64,000 nt of DNA from NCBI GenBank assembly GCA_032718475.1, contig JAUCBJ010001939.1, positions 1-64,000 on the forward strand, written 5' to 3'. The notes under the pieces were generated by a model. The model ran no database searches. It was given only the letters and a program-made list of their open reading frames with translations, and was not told the origin of the DNA. Positions within the stretch are counted from its first letter, which is position 1, and each line of letters starts with the position of its first letter. Position numbers and translations under genes: made by a program. This document shows positions 36,301 through 49,698 of this stretch, one piece after another. Origin of the DNA: Nemertoderma westbladi. Its lineage: Eukaryota > Animalia > Xenacoelomorpha.

Positions 36301-36461
36301 ACAGTAAATAATTAATTGTAGGTAACTTTATATCGGTATAATAGTTCAGTCTTGAAGATTACCTAGAGTGGCCCCGATTCCTTAACACGCGACACTTTCA
36401 TTGGCTTTCTCTACGACTAATCGAACTATTTATGTTAACGTTTGTTGTTTTTGTAATACAG

Positions 36462-36625
36462 AATGTGGACAAAATGTTTCCTAACGACGCCGGCCGTATG
36501 CAGAGAATGTCCTTGGTGGAAGAGCACGGCGAGAAACGGATTAATATGGCTTACCTCAGTATCATTGGTTCGTTCGCCGTTAATGGAGTCGCGGCCATTC
36601 ACTCGGATTTACTCACGAAGACAAT
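36462..36625 (+). CDS. PYG: Glycogen phosphorylase exon 8
   Basis: AG|NVDKMFP...[31 protein letters not shown]...|GTAAG. Confidence 0.94.
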
Positions 36626-36841
36626 GTAAGATAATTTCTCATATTTGAGTCTTATATCTTTTGGATTCTTATATTATCTTCGCTGAACTTTCCGGTATTG
36701 ATAAAACACCCTTACATTATTCAATATACCAACGTGGCCCGAGCGACTACTTTATTTGGTGCGGATTTCGGGATCATGTACCGTCCATATTTTATGAATT
36801 CTCCGAACAATATTGTATCCTTCAATATAATATTTTATCAG

Positions 36842-37058
36842 CTTTAAGGATTTCTACGAACTGACACCAGAAAAATTCCAGAACAAGACGAACGGAATTA
36901 CTCCGCGACGTTGGCTGTTGCTATGCAACAGCGGTCTGGCCGACGTGGTGTGCGACAAAATAGGGGAGGATTGGATCACTGATCTATCGCAGCTTAAACA
37001 ACTGAGGAAGTTCGTTAATGACGCAAACTTCATTACGGCTGTTCAGAATATTAAACAG
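36842..37058 (+). CDS. PYG: Glycogen phosphorylase exon 9
   Basis: AG|[25 protein letters not shown]...IKQ|GT. Confidence 0.95.
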
Positions 37059-38146
37059 GTAATAATATTACTCGAGAAAAGATATTACGAAAGTATACGG
37101 TAAATATATTTAAATTATGTATGTATTAACATTTATAAATTGGATTAATGAATGAATACAACTATCTATGGTAACTGGTAAGTATACCTATATAAGTATG
37201 ACAAAAATCCCATGACCCCGGTCCTTATTAAGTATTAACACTTTCCGTTTCTCTCCTTAACTACATGGATTTTACATAGCAACAATAAGATGAGATTTTT
37301 CCAAAATTTTGTGAAAACAAACAATACTTTAACAATCCCTATCTTATTAATGTGAAAAATCCTCGCTAACATTAGTGGAAATTATTAATTTTCTTTACAG
37401 TGCAATTGCATAATTTTGTGCTATCAGTATCTTATGTTGGGCAATTGTTGTTGATATATTTGAAAATATTATATGCTACTTCTAGTTACCGAAATATAGC
37501 AATTAATATGCGACCGGTCAGTGTAAATTATATTAATTTCCCATTGAATCACAGCTTATTGTGAAATGAATTAAATTATTCTGGAACATTAATAATTTGA
37601 TCCTTATTCTCCCCTACTCTACCCTATGCTTGGCTTGTAATACGCCAATCCGCATTTCCAGCAAGAAACATAATGTATGTAATGTATATGTAATATAAAT
37701 ATATTTTTTGGAGCGTGGGATTTTTTATATATTATTATCTGTATAGTCCTAATCAACAGAGTTTGCCCTAAGTTTGTTTTAACAACTCCAGTATCCATAA
37801 TCACATAAATAATGTTACCACAGATTATCGCTTCAATGCTATATAGCGGTTCATCCTAAATCCTGTGTAAATTATACATGACAATTACATTATGGCCAGG
37901 GCCAATCAATTATTCAGAAAAAAATAAATAACAGTTACGTTTTTATTGCATTAATTAATTACAGTCATTAACGCCAGAAAGATGCTCTCCGTTTTCATAA
38001 TAATATAACATGCTCTATTTATCATGAAACTTTCATTGCTATGCTAGTTACACCCGTTCAAGGTCGACATTTCTACATGTGACATGGCCATGGCTCAAGT
38101 CGTTACAAGTGATAATATAATGTGATATATTGTGGAGCTCAAGATC

Positions 38147-38859
38147 GAGCCATTTAGCCGCGTCACAACTACCACTATGGCCGCTATGTGAGCCATTTAG
38201 CCGCGTCACAACTACCACTATGGCCGCTATGTGAGCCATTTAGCCGCGTCACAACTACCACTATGGCCGCTATGTGAGCCATTTAGCCGCGTCACAACTA
38301 CCACTATGGCCGCTATGTGAGCCATTTAGCCGCGTCACAACTACCACTATGGCCGCTATGTGAGCCATTTAGCCGCGTCACAACTACCACTATGGCCGCT
38401 ATGTGAACCATTTAGCCGCGTCACAACTACCACTATGGCCGCTATGTGAGCCATTTAGCCGCGTCACAACTACCACTATGGCCGCTATGTGAGCCATTTA
38501 GCCGCGTCACAACTACCACTATGGCCGCTATGTGAGCCATTTAGCCGCGTCACAACTACCACTATGGCCGCTATGTGAGCCATTTAGCCGCGTCACAACT
38601 ACCACTATGGCCGCTATGTGAGCCATTTAGCCGCGTCACAACTACCACTATGGCCGCTATGTGAGCCATTTAGCCGCGTCACAACTACCACTATGGCCGC
38701 TATGTGAGCCATTTAGCCGCGTCACAACTACCACTATGGCCGCTATGTGAGCCATTTAGCCGCGTCACAACTACCACTATGGCCGCTATGTGAGCCATTT
38801 AGCCGCGTCACAACTACCACTATGGCCGCTATGTGAGCCATTTAGCCGCGTCACAACTA
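38147..38859 (+). repeat. 43-bp tandem repeat (~16 near-identical copies)
   Basis: Unit GAGCCATTTAGCCGCGTCACAACTACCACTATGGCCGCTATGT. Confidence 0.98.
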
Positions 38860-39068
38860 AATTATATATTGGGAATGTTTTAATTTCACATACTGCACAA
38901 TTCTTGTCTTTAAATTTTTCACTCTCAATTATCAAGGTAAAAAGACGATAAAAAGTTTGTCCCTATTTTTTAAAACATGAATTGAGAAAAATTATGTGAA
39001 CAAAAGTACCGATAGCGGCGGCGGCATTGTACCCAGTTTGTACAACAATTGGATATTTTTATCTGCAG

Positions 39069-39216
39069 GAGAATAAGAACCGAGTGGCGACCATGTTAGA
39101 GAAACAACACGGTATTAAGATCAGCCCAACAAGTCTGTGGGACTGCCAAGTTAAACGGATCCACGAATATAAACGCCAATTACTATTTATTTTATACATC
39201 GTCACCGTTTACAACA
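39069..39216 (+). CDS. PYG: Glycogen phosphorylase exon 10
   Basis: AG|ENK...[15 protein letters not shown]...YN|GTAAG. Confidence 0.95.
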
Positions 39217-39381
39217 GTAAGTTCATTTATTATGTAATTATATTTTCTAACAATACTTTCAGGGAAAAACCTTTGTAAAGTTTATAGGATATTCAGTGCA
39301 CAAAACGTTTATTTAGATAATTCAAATGGGGGTATATTTTATATACCATATATTAAAAATAATTTATTTATTAAATTTTAG

Positions 39382-39479
39382 GATTAAAAAGGAACCCGAA
39401 GTTGAAATATTCTCCGCGAGTGTGTTTCATTGGCGGCAAGGCTGCTCCTGGTTACCATACAGCTAAGCTAATAATCAAG
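39382..39479 (+). CDS. PYG: Glycogen phosphorylase exon 11
   Basis: AG|LKRNP...[22 protein letters not shown]|GTGAG. Confidence 0.94.
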
Positions 39480-39500
39480 GTGAGAATTAGGTGGGTTGGG

Positions 39501-39531
<31 letters not shown>

Positions 39532-39852
39532 TCTCCGTCTACATAAATGGTAGATTCCAGGTTGCATTCATAGAATAGCCAGAGAAACAGTTTTTCATCT
39601 TGGCCTTATCTTATTACGTATAAATAAATGCAACTGGTTGTAAAATTCGCGGTTTGTTTGATTTGCTTATGACAGTGAATTGCGTTATATATTTATTTTA
39701 TCCCGTCCAGATATTTTTCACTAATGATAAATAAATTATTGTTTTGGGATGGAGTGACGGTAAATTCAATTATCACCCAATGTATACTTTCAACCCTAAC
39801 TGATACTCGCCTATATTGTAAACTAATTGTGATTCATTTATTCCCTTAACAG

Positions 39853-40035
39853 CTGTTCAACTCCGTCGGTAAGATTGTCAACAACGACCCGATCATAGGG
39901 GAGAAACTGAAACTAGTTTACCTCGAGAACTACCGGGTCTCGCTGGCTGAGAAGGTGATCCCTGCGATCGATCTATCGGAACAGATCAGTCTGGCGGGAA
40001 CCGAGGCATCCGGCACAGGAAATATGAAGTTCATG
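39853..40035 (+). CDS. PYG: Glycogen phosphorylase exon 12 (PLP-binding lysine motif)
   Basis: AG|LFNSVG..VNNDP...[36 protein letters not shown]|GT. Confidence 0.96.
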
Positions 40036-40629
40036 GTTGGTGAATTTTTATTTTATACTTTTTCTATCTATTTTCCCCCATTTGAGCCCTTGTGAGGTAA
40101 ATAATAATGATGAGGCTATTTATTGGTAGGCCTTACTGGGGAATTGGGTCTCCGAAGATCGTAGCCGGAAATGGTATCGTTCATTAAGTGCTTCAACTTT
40201 ACTTTCTACAGCCGGGAAAATAATCTGATGGTAGCTGTTCGAATCGTATGAAGCAACTCATATTTATTTTATAATGATTGTCCTATTTTTAACAAATACT
40301 TTACCTATACTAATTCTATCTGGATACTTGCAACGAGATATTTGTTGGGCAGTTGGGAACCGACATCAAACATTCAAATAAAATGAGCGGCATTCAATTA
40401 AATTCTTGGTATTTATTTATTATTATTGATATTGTTTATTACGGAATACAATAATTAACATAAGAATAATACGATGTTATAAAACTGGATTTATTTTGCC
40501 CAAAAGTGTTTAATCGGTGGCAAAACTCATATTTTAAAATCAGTCCCTTAAAAACACTGTATGCTGCAAATCTACTAAATGATGTTATATTTATTACAAC
40601 TGTCGAGTTTTCAAACTGGGTTTAGGTAA

Positions 40630-41319
40630 TCAGGTCTGTAAGACCCTTTGTAAGACCCGCTTGAGGTCGCCGGCCTCAAACTCAACCGTCCGTATCGCTC
40701 GCACTAACGCGACAACAGTTTGTGGACGGGCCGCTTTCAACCAAACCCGTCCGTTCACGCCCACCACGACCTCAAAGGGCGGGGCGTAACGGGCCAACTG
40801 TTTAAGAGTCGAATCTCCAGAGGTCAGCAACCTCCTAGCGTAGTCTACGTTTATGGTAAAGAGAAAGCCATCGTTGGAGAGTTTACCTAGGCCCTGGGCT
40901 TTACCGCGACTGTCTATACAGACCAACTCAGTGTCCATATCGCGGTTCGCTTGTAGTAATCTAGCGAAGACTACGTCTCCTATACTCAGCGACGGTTTAT
41001 TCCGCTTGGTGGCTCCTTCGAACGCCAGTAGCGACAACACGGCGTTGTCCGACCCGCCCCCTATGTCTACCCGGACTGAGTCAGTGGCCCGCGCGACCAC
41101 AACCCCGACCACCGAGTCGCCCACGGTGGGTAGGTAGCGACGCTGCGTACCGCGCACCCAGTACACGGGCGGAGTCCCGCGGCGCACCGACACGACGCCA
41201 GCCTTGGCGGCCAGCACGCGGTCCCCCACGGCGCGCAGTCCCGGCCCGAGTGTCGGACGGGGGGTGTCTGGGATCCCGTGGACCGCGTCGCCAGGTATTA
41301 CTACCGTTCCTACAACCAT
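40630..41319 (-). CDS. EXOSC3: Exosome complex component RRP40, intronless CDS, nested antisense in PYG intron 12
   Basis: VIPGD, LGPGL, RRYLP.VGD.VVG.V, LSLLAFEGATKRNKP, ELVC, FEVVVGVNGRVW; 229 aa intact. Confidence 0.94.
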   Translation of the reverse strand: MVVGTVVIPGDAVHGIPDTPRPTLGPGLRAVGDRVLAAKAGVVSVRRGTPPVYWVRGTQRRYLPTVGDSVVGVVVARATDSVRVDIGGGSDNAVLSLLAFEGATKRNKPSLSIGDVVFARLLQANRDMDTELVCIDSRGKAQGLGKLSNDGFLFTINVDYARRLLTSGDSTLKQLARYAPPFEVVVGVNGRVWLKAARPQTVVALVRAIRTVEFEAGDLKRVLQRVLQT

Positions 41320-41847
41320 ACCCAGGGAGTCTGCTACTCGGGTAGGTAGGTAGGCCTACCGCTAGTGCAGTAGTGGCGCTCACTGTCGTTTATGTCGATT
41401 TCTTTCGGGTGACGAAAGGATAAAATTGAGAACTCCTTTTTATTCCTGTTGTTCGTCTTCGACTGATACCGGTATAGCTTAATAATTATAGGGCAGTAGG
41501 GCGACGTGATGAAGAGAAATCATCTGTCAGCCTGTTCACTGTTAGTAAACATAGTGGGGAGGCAAAGATTGCGATACGATAATAACAAAATTCACTTTAG
41601 TTTTGTGTAGGCCTAATCATTGATCTACAAACGTATGACAAAACATGTGGCAGCAGCCAGCAGGTACAGGTTTACACGGTCGTTAATTACATTTTAAATT
41701 TCCCTCGCCTCTGTCTCGTATCCTAGACCCTGATTTCAACCTGAGTTTATATTATTTTCAATCTGGGTTGAAAAACTCGATCCATATTTTTAAATATTTT
41801 CACTTTGCCCTTTTCTGGTTTTTATCTGATAATTATCTTTTAAGTAG

Positions 41848-44800
41848 GAATTGGAATTGGAATTTTTTATTTGACATTAAATCAGTTAAAAACAAGCACT
41901 AAAGATAGCATTAAATATAACATATGAAGTGTAAGGAAAAGGTAAAGGCAACAAACCAATGTACAGTATGGTATTCAACATGTCCTAGAAAAGTATTTTA
42001 ACGGAAAACAGTACAAAACAAACATCGATAAATAAAACGCAATAATTTTTATTGTCCGTTTAAATCATGCCTAAATAAAATGACCTTCAATAAATTTTAA
42101 ACACTATTTACAACATAATTATGGTAAGACATTTCTATTTCAGGATTTAGGACCAACAAACTTAGTGGATACGAGATGAAAGGTGTAAGTGCAGCAACTA
42201 TAAAATTATTGAAATTTTACTAAAAATTATTGTAATTATGATAAGGAATTTAGGACCATACGAAGACAGTGGATACGAGGTGCAAGGTATAAATAAAAGA
42301 AACAACAACAGAATAATTATAAAAACGTTCGACACCAATAAAATCTATATTTTATGAACTGTATTTATTTCTATTGTCTTACTAAAAATATTATTTACTG
42401 TAGTTATTTATAATAAGTTTACCGTTAGAGTTAGAAATTATAAATACACAATGCATATATTATATATACTGAGACTTAATTACAGAGTTAAGCAGTGATT
42501 TGCCGTCGAGGATAACCCCATGAGAATATGTCTCGTTTTCATGAGGGTCCTCACTATATCAGGAAATATTAAAATCGATAAAGGTTCTATGAAGTTGATA
42601 CATATAGTATTATAGTGTGTTACATTTGTACATTATTGCAAATAAGTTTAAGTCGAATTGCAATAATTTAGGAAGAGCTTGAGTGTGATAAAATAAATAA
42701 TATAAAACACAATTAGGCGAATAAATATAAATATTACTAATAACCATGACTAATATCCGTTAAGTTAAAATATTCTGGGCATAGGAGTTTCACTCATAAC
42801 TTTTAGCAAGGAGTTTTCCTCCCTTCGGTTATCCCCTCCTCGTAAAATAAAATAAGAACATAAATAAAATAAAAACATAAAATAAAATGAAAACGTACTG
42901 TATATACATGAAATAGGTATTATCTTAAAAACAATAATTCAATAAACATCATAACCTTTAGGCATATAGAGTTTTCCTCCTCGATCAGTTTGTTAAGCAA
43001 GTATGATTTAACTTTGTGTTTAAAGGTCTCAATTGTTGGGGCGTTTTTTATGTCCGATGGCAACGCATTCCATAGAACTGGTCCCTGATGAGCGAAAGAT
43101 TCGCAACGAACTGTTGTGCGGTGGAAGGGGACAACAGCCTGAGAAACCCCACTACGTAAACGAGCAGAGCTGTCCGAGAAGGTAACCAAGTCCTGCAGGT
43201 AGGCTGGGGATTGGTGGTTACGAATACGAAACATATGTGTTAGTATTATTTGCTGAACACGTTCCCGTATTGGTAACCAGTTTATCAAAACTAGATCCTC
43301 TATACCGATGTGGCTACGAGGTCGACGAGACAGACAATACCGTATGCATTTCCGCAATAACGCATCTGCCTGCCTTTTTAGTTGCGATGGGGCACTTATG
43401 TACCAGCAAGGGGTGGCAAAGTCAAGGTGAGGTTGAATCAAAGTATTGACAAGAGGCCGCCGGAGCGATTGAGGGATAGATGCTGAGTTCCGATAGAGGA
43501 AGCGGAGTGTTGCATTTCCTTTACGAATAGCCTTACGAGCAGCCATTTCACCTGACAGTGATGGATCAAGAGGACATCCAAGGAAGTTAACAGTTTTTCC
43601 TGCTGGGAGACTTTTACCTTGGTAGATTACATTAAAGTTGTCAACATCTGAAAGTCGCTGATGAGTTCCAAAAAGCATAACCTCGAACTTTTCTGGGTGT
43701 ATGCTTAAACGGTTGTTTATTGCCCATGTTGACACTTTCGATAGCTTATTTGCTAATGACTTAGCTATTTCTGCAGGATTTGTGCCAGAAGTAAGTAGGT
43801 TAGTGTCATCAACATACTTTGGCGATGGGTCTGCTTGTGTATCGACAGCTGTGTTAAAGTCTACCAGAGGATGTGTAAGCAGTTCCATGTTACTTTCTTC
43901 TCTAGGATTGGCTAGCATTACCTTGTTGCTATCTACCACTGGTCCTATTGCTAGGTTGTGCTTGTTGCCCAAGGTCTTCTTGGAATTCGAAGGAGTATGG
44001 GTTGTGGCATCCAGTGTTTGGGTTAGAGAAGTACCTTCGATGGCGAGGTTAAAGTCGTTAATGTAGTCGAGAAACATTAGCACACCAAGAAGGGACCCTT
44101 GTGGAACACCTATATCAGTTGATAATACCTGTGATTTAGAGTTTGCAATTTGGACAAATTGAGAGCGACCAGTCAAATATGAGCGGAACCATAAAACAGT
44201 AGATTGTGAAAAGCCAATACATTTAAGTTTATGAAGCAGAAGGTTATGGTCAACTGTATCAAAAGCACGCTGGAGATCTATGGCTACCATTCCGACGAGT
44301 TTACCAGAATCCATTGCATTCCTTATATAGTTATCTAGAAATAGCAGGGAGGTCTGGACAGAGTGTCCAGGCCTCGAGCCGGATTGGAATTTATCAATAA
44401 TTTTTGAAGAGTGGAAGAATTCCATTACTTGGTCAAAAATTACTTTTTCTAGAACCTTGGAGACAATCTGTAACAATGATATAGGTCTGTAATTTGGGCG
44501 AATTAGGCGGTTTGCTTTTTTGTGAACAGGAGTAATCTTGGCAAGTTTGTATATTGTTGGGAAGGTATTATTGGTTATAGAAAGATTCACGATATGTGTG
44601 ATGTAGGGAGATAGGGCATTACATCCTTCCTGGAAGATGCGAGGGGGGTTGTTGTCGGGACCTGAGCTTTTGCTAGCATCCAGATTGTTTAGAATTTTGG
44701 AAACAGTAGAAGTGTTAGTATTGGAAAGAGCAAATGAATCTGGTCTTTGTTTATATAGTATTGCTGGACTTCCTCTAAATATTGAGTACTGGGTGGTGGA

Positions 44801-44900
44801 AGTTTGTCCACAAGCGATTTGGCAATTTGAGTGAAGTACATATTGAATTCATCAGCAATGCATTGGTCATTGTGAATTATTTTGTTATTATCAGTAATGT
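41848..44900 (-). mobile_element. 5'-truncated L2/Crack-like LINE; RT ORF 44590-42920
   Basis: NYRPISLL, QSG, DLQRAFDTVDH, GVPQGS, YVDD, FLG; long AT-rich 3'UTR ending in (AATTCC)n at ~41848-41865 (3' boundary inferred). Confidence 0.88.
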
Positions 44901-44989
44901 ACTGATAATTCGCTTTAAACTAATTACCACAATACATATTGAGATTGACCCAACCTTTTAAACTCAATCGTTTTAAACTATTATCTCTG

Positions 44990-45414
44990 TTATAACAATG
45001 TCGATTGAAACTAAATTTTGACCCTCATGGAAACGGGGCAAGCACCTCATGAGGCTATCCATACACTGTAACATAATAAATTCGACAATTGTATACGTTA
45101 TTAGACTTAGTTTAGCACCGTAAATTAATTTATCTGTCTTATTATTTAATACTTTTATTAATTTACCGTACTTTTTTGACATAGGCCTACTGTATTTTCT
45201 TATACTGTACTTTGAAATCATATCGATGCTTATGTAATTATCTTCCTGTATGTATATATTTTATTCAAAGTATATCTTTGTAAATAGGTCACACCATAAC
45301 TAATGAGCCACCACCTGATATATCGTAATTGTCTTACTGTATCGTATATTTATTTAAATTGTATGTGTCTTTTATTAATGGTACCGTAAACTTTGTACTT
45401 ATAGTGTTAAAAAA

Positions 45415-45445
<31 letters not shown>
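44990..45445 (+). mobile_element. LINE 3'UTR remnant with (ATCA)n tail
   Basis: Carries the same stem-loop motif (45020-45060) as the two LINEs above, in opposite orientation; ends in A-run plus (ATCA)n. Confidence 0.55.
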
Positions 45446-45493
45446 CTTAAGAAAAAAAATAAAAAAAATTATTTTGGCCTATCAAGTAGGTAT

Positions 45494-47112
45494 GTGTGGG
45501 GCGAGCCACGAAGTGAGTGAGCCTTAGCGTAGTGGTACCATTAATCAACCTGTCGTTCTGTCGCGTCCAATTTTAAACGTTAATAACTCAGCCAATCTTT
45601 GATGAAATCTACCCAAACTTGGTACACATGTTGTTTGGCAAAAGTTTAGAAATTTTCCAAGTAGAATTTCCGTGTGGCCTTCGAGAAGCTAAGATAATAG
45701 CAGTTAATTAGTTAATTAAGTTGATTACGGTAAAAACACCATTTTCAACCTGCCTTTTAAAGGAAATTAATTGTTTTACAGTATAAGATTTAAATAATTA
45801 TACTTAAAAATTATACAGATGTAATCCACATACGCCATTCTATTATAGTTTTTAATTAGTTCAAGTGATTTGCTTTATTAATTGTGTCTTTAATTGATCT
45901 AAAGTAATTAAAACGTCATAAAAAATTGATTCTCATTAAATACTGCTCATTTATTGGCTAACATGCTGGTACGATGGAAGGATGTGTGTGTAAGGCAGCT
46001 ATTTGCTGGGAATGATTATTGGTCAAGTCTCTGCTGGTGTGGAGCTAGCTGGCTTGGAGTTGTGGCTGTAGACTAACCAGAGAGGAATTGTACTGTAATA
46101 GGCAACCAGTATTGCTATTCCAGCCCAGACATCATTCTTGAAATCCAACATCCCAACATCCTTCCTGTATTGACTCTACTATAAGTGTTGTATTGCTATC
46201 TCAGGTAAATGACAGATATAATAACATAAATACAATCCATGGCATGGCTGTTGTGTAGGCTTCTGAAATAGTTTATTCCACAATGTATATGTCTGGTTAT
46301 TTTTTAATTGAATTTTTGCAAAGTAGTAAAATTAATGTTCTTAAAAATAATATTATTATTTTATATGTAACCTAGGAAATTAGCTACATTTTTTCGCTGC
46401 AGCTTTAAGAGTGTACATTGATTTAATATTATTTCAATACCCATATTACTACATCGGCATAAGATGCGTTGGCGTTGTATCACACATCTCCACATATCAC
46501 ACATCTCCACATAGATGTATCAACAGTTACTCGCACAGTTTCGAAACTTCGCATAGTTATAACTGTATAAAGATCGTCAGTCTGCGTTTAGGAAAAATAT
46601 TTTATGACAAAACAGGACAAGCGACGAGCGCAACGAGGCATATAATGAAGACGAGTACTGCGTTGACTAAATTGTTATATAAACCACCTGGCTTCACATA
46701 TTGATCGCATCCCTAGTTATTATTATTATAAAGATCGTCCTAGCCTGCGTTTAAGAAATATATTTAAATACAAAACAGGACGAACGCAAAGAGGCTTATA
46801 ATGAAAACGAGTACTGCGTTTATTATATTCCTATAAACCACCTGGCTTTGCATATTTAACGTGCGATTGGAAATAAGTTCGTGCTACCCTTCCGTGGGTG
46901 GTAGATGTCGCGGTTATGTATTGGTGGGTGGGGGGAGGGGGGGGGGGGATGTGCAGATTAAAAGGGGTGAACACGTACTGTCCCCCTTTCTTTGATTAAT
47001 TGGTGGTGTGGGTTAATATCTCATAACCTGATTTTGTGATACAGTCGCACAATTTTAATTTGTATCTCATAACTGGGCCTCGTGCTGCGCGAAGGCCCCA
47101 CGAACGTGTAAT
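45494..47112. mobile_element. Non-autonomous Helentron/DINE-1-type element, long copy
   Basis: Left end GTGTGGGGCGAGCCACGAAGTGAG...ATAACTC...GATGAAAT...AAACTTGGT as at 60056; right-end motif CGTGCTGCGCGAAG.CCCCACGAACGTGTAA at ~47081-47112; internal tandem pair at ~46567-46855. Confidence 0.55.
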
Positions 47113-47259
47113 ATTTGACGCGTTTGCATACTATGTCATGGAATATAGTGTCGTTATTCCGGTATTCGTTATTAAATTTATTGTGATATAAACTAATCGG
47201 GCGGGGAGGTATTCTAGCTTCAAGTAAAATCTTTGTAGTTTTCTCTTGAATGAATTCCA

Positions 47260-47590
47260 CCTGTCGGCGCCGAAAAAGAAAAAGCCCTGGCACCGTAGTG
47301 CAGTATGTTATACCTGGGGTTAACCAATAGATTTTGGTTTCTCGAACGTAGGTCTCTGGGAGGATTGTAGCGCACAAGCAAGTCACTCAAGTAATCAGGA
47401 GCGAGTCCATTTAGGCTTTTGTATGTCAATAGGGCTATTTTATATTCAATGCGTCGTGATACCGGAGAGATACTGGAGATTTCTTAGTACTGGGTTCATG
47501 TGCTTGTGGTCCCGCTTTTTAATTCCATTAGACGAGCGGCACTACAATCAACAAACAACATCCTGCAATCTCTTGATGTGATGTTTTACT
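47260..47590 (-). mobile_element. L2-like LINE C-terminal fragment
   Basis: RIEYKIALLTYKSLNGLAPDYLSDLL...RDLRS...YGARAFSFSAP. Confidence 0.75.
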
Positions 47591-49491
47591 TCCAAAAGTT
47601 CCGTAAACTGGTCTGCTCAACCACTAGTATCGGTGTTCGGTACCCAACTACCCAAACATATTGACCAATCAGCCAATATATGTAGTTCCGAATTCCGACA
47701 TGGCCATGAAGATGACAAAGCCAAAATTCGGCAGTCTTTGTGAAAATGTTTTGGCAAAAACCGAGCGAGGTTGGACAGTGGGTCTGAAAATTTACTCGGG
47801 CATCCTTTATGGACGACCCCGAAGCTCGAGCTATTTCCCAACCAAATTCAAATGTTTTTTTACATATTTGGAATCCTTGCACGGCCAGTGTCACTGTAGG
47901 GTCACTGTCGGGTTGAAGAATGAAGAATAACTGCACTGTGACTGATGCAATTTCGCCGGAGACACTATTTTCAAGCTATGTTCTACCCCCCACCCCCCCC
48001 CCCCCCCCCCCCACAATAAAACGACCTAATTCACCTAATTTGGATTGAGATGGGAATTGTGCTCGATTGAGACGACAACCAGGCTGACTGCGTGGATTAC
48101 TGGAACAGTAGCAACAATCAGCACATCCCGCCCTGTGAAGATCACCAGTTTTTCACCTTTCGGTTGGAATTTGATTGACAATTTATATATGAAGAATTTA
48201 TATTTTTTTTACTTTATCTTTATTCAGTTTTTTTTATGCGCTTATTTCGGGACGCAGCAAACTTCGGCGAAGGTTGGACGCGCGCGAAGATTTCCCGCGG
48301 GCGAAGATTGCATCCAACCCCAATTTCTTTCTTTATAACTAGTAAAGATTATAATTCGTTTATTGTTTTGGTTAGCTTCAGCCCTTCTTATGTAGCCGGG
48401 GTTTTTCGTGTAAACCTGCTATTTTTCGCGTCGGGGTTAACAGCAAAGTGAAATATAACAACATAAAATAATTATTATAGGAACTGGGGTCTTGTCTTAA
48501 CCTCGGATGATAGTTAATTTTACCGAAAATAACTACAGCTTGTCAACACTTTGTTACTATTAACATAAAATCTGGTACACTTCATAGCCCCCCCCCCCCC
48601 CCCCCCCCCCCCCAACGATTGCTATTTATTATGACTGACAGCTGGTCCAGTTACGGTTTATTTATCTTATGCTTATGATTGTTGTGCTTCAAGCTTGATG
48701 ATGTATGATACCATTCAGATGAATAAATACAATAAAACAAAATAAATTGCGATGGGAAATGTTTTCGAAATCCTTACAGTATACTGTCTCCTGTCTCAGT
48801 GCTGACAATGTAATTCAACAACCAGGTCAATTAAAGACCAATCAGTACGTATCCTATCACCAATTAGAAATTTCGGCACTTATAAATGGCGGAAACTGGC
48901 GGAAATGGCGGAAACTTATATAGATAGTGGAAATGCCAATGATCCAAAAAGTTTGAAAAATTATTTTAGAATGTCGGTAATGCCAAGAGGTTGGTATCAA
49001 ATTGCCCCGGTGTCAACCAACATAGCTAAACATTTATTTGTTTTACTCTTTCACAGTACACCATATTCGATATTGGTTATATAATTTCAATACCACGACA
49101 TCTCTGAATTACTAACTCTTTATTTTGCACTCTAGTCTAAAGGCAAATATAAATAACCGGTAATCAAGTATATAAATATATATAATAATATAACACGACT
49201 GGCACTGCATGATCTATGGCCTACATATGACATACAGGAGACCAACACCCGCTGGCAAACACCGGAACCAATCAAGCAGTTAGTTACAACGGTGGGTACC
49301 GGTCCCATCTTTGTTTGCTTCTAGTTGGTTGTTAGTTCTTTAGTTATCCACAAAAAAAATAACAATCATCACGAGTCACGACTATAGTCAATCAATATCA
49401 AACCATAACCATAAAAACAGTTCACCAGTAAGGTATTTTTCTCCGATGATCTCGGGAAAACAAAACGCAGTAAGGAAATCGGATTGCCGCA

Positions 49492-49698
49492 TTATGATCC
49501 AACGATGATATTGTTAATCGGAATATGGATTAGTTTAACGAAGAACCCAATGAATCCCATGATAGCGAATCCTATCGCTGTTGCCATGGCAATCTTCTGG
49601 TACTCTTTCCTGTCTGGCTTTGTGCATCTCTTAACAAGTCTCCATGAATCCTTGAGAAACTGCTTCGCTGGTTCGATGACAGGCGTTATTTGATCCAT
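49492..49698 (-). CDS. SEC61G: Protein transport protein Sec61 subunit gamma, intronless CDS, nested antisense in PYG intron 12
   Basis: MDQ...[54 protein letters not shown], 68 aa from ATG at 49698. Confidence 0.97.
   Translation of the reverse strand: MDQITPVIEPAKQFLKDSWRLVKRCTKPDRKEYQKIAMATAIGFAIMGFIGFFVKLIHIPINNIIVGS

Noticed and set aside
34783-36315. 510-aa ORF and overlapping repeat ORFs on both strands
   Set aside because: Only the first 80 codons are PYG exon 7; the rest is a stop-free 30-bp intronic repeat after a GT donor.
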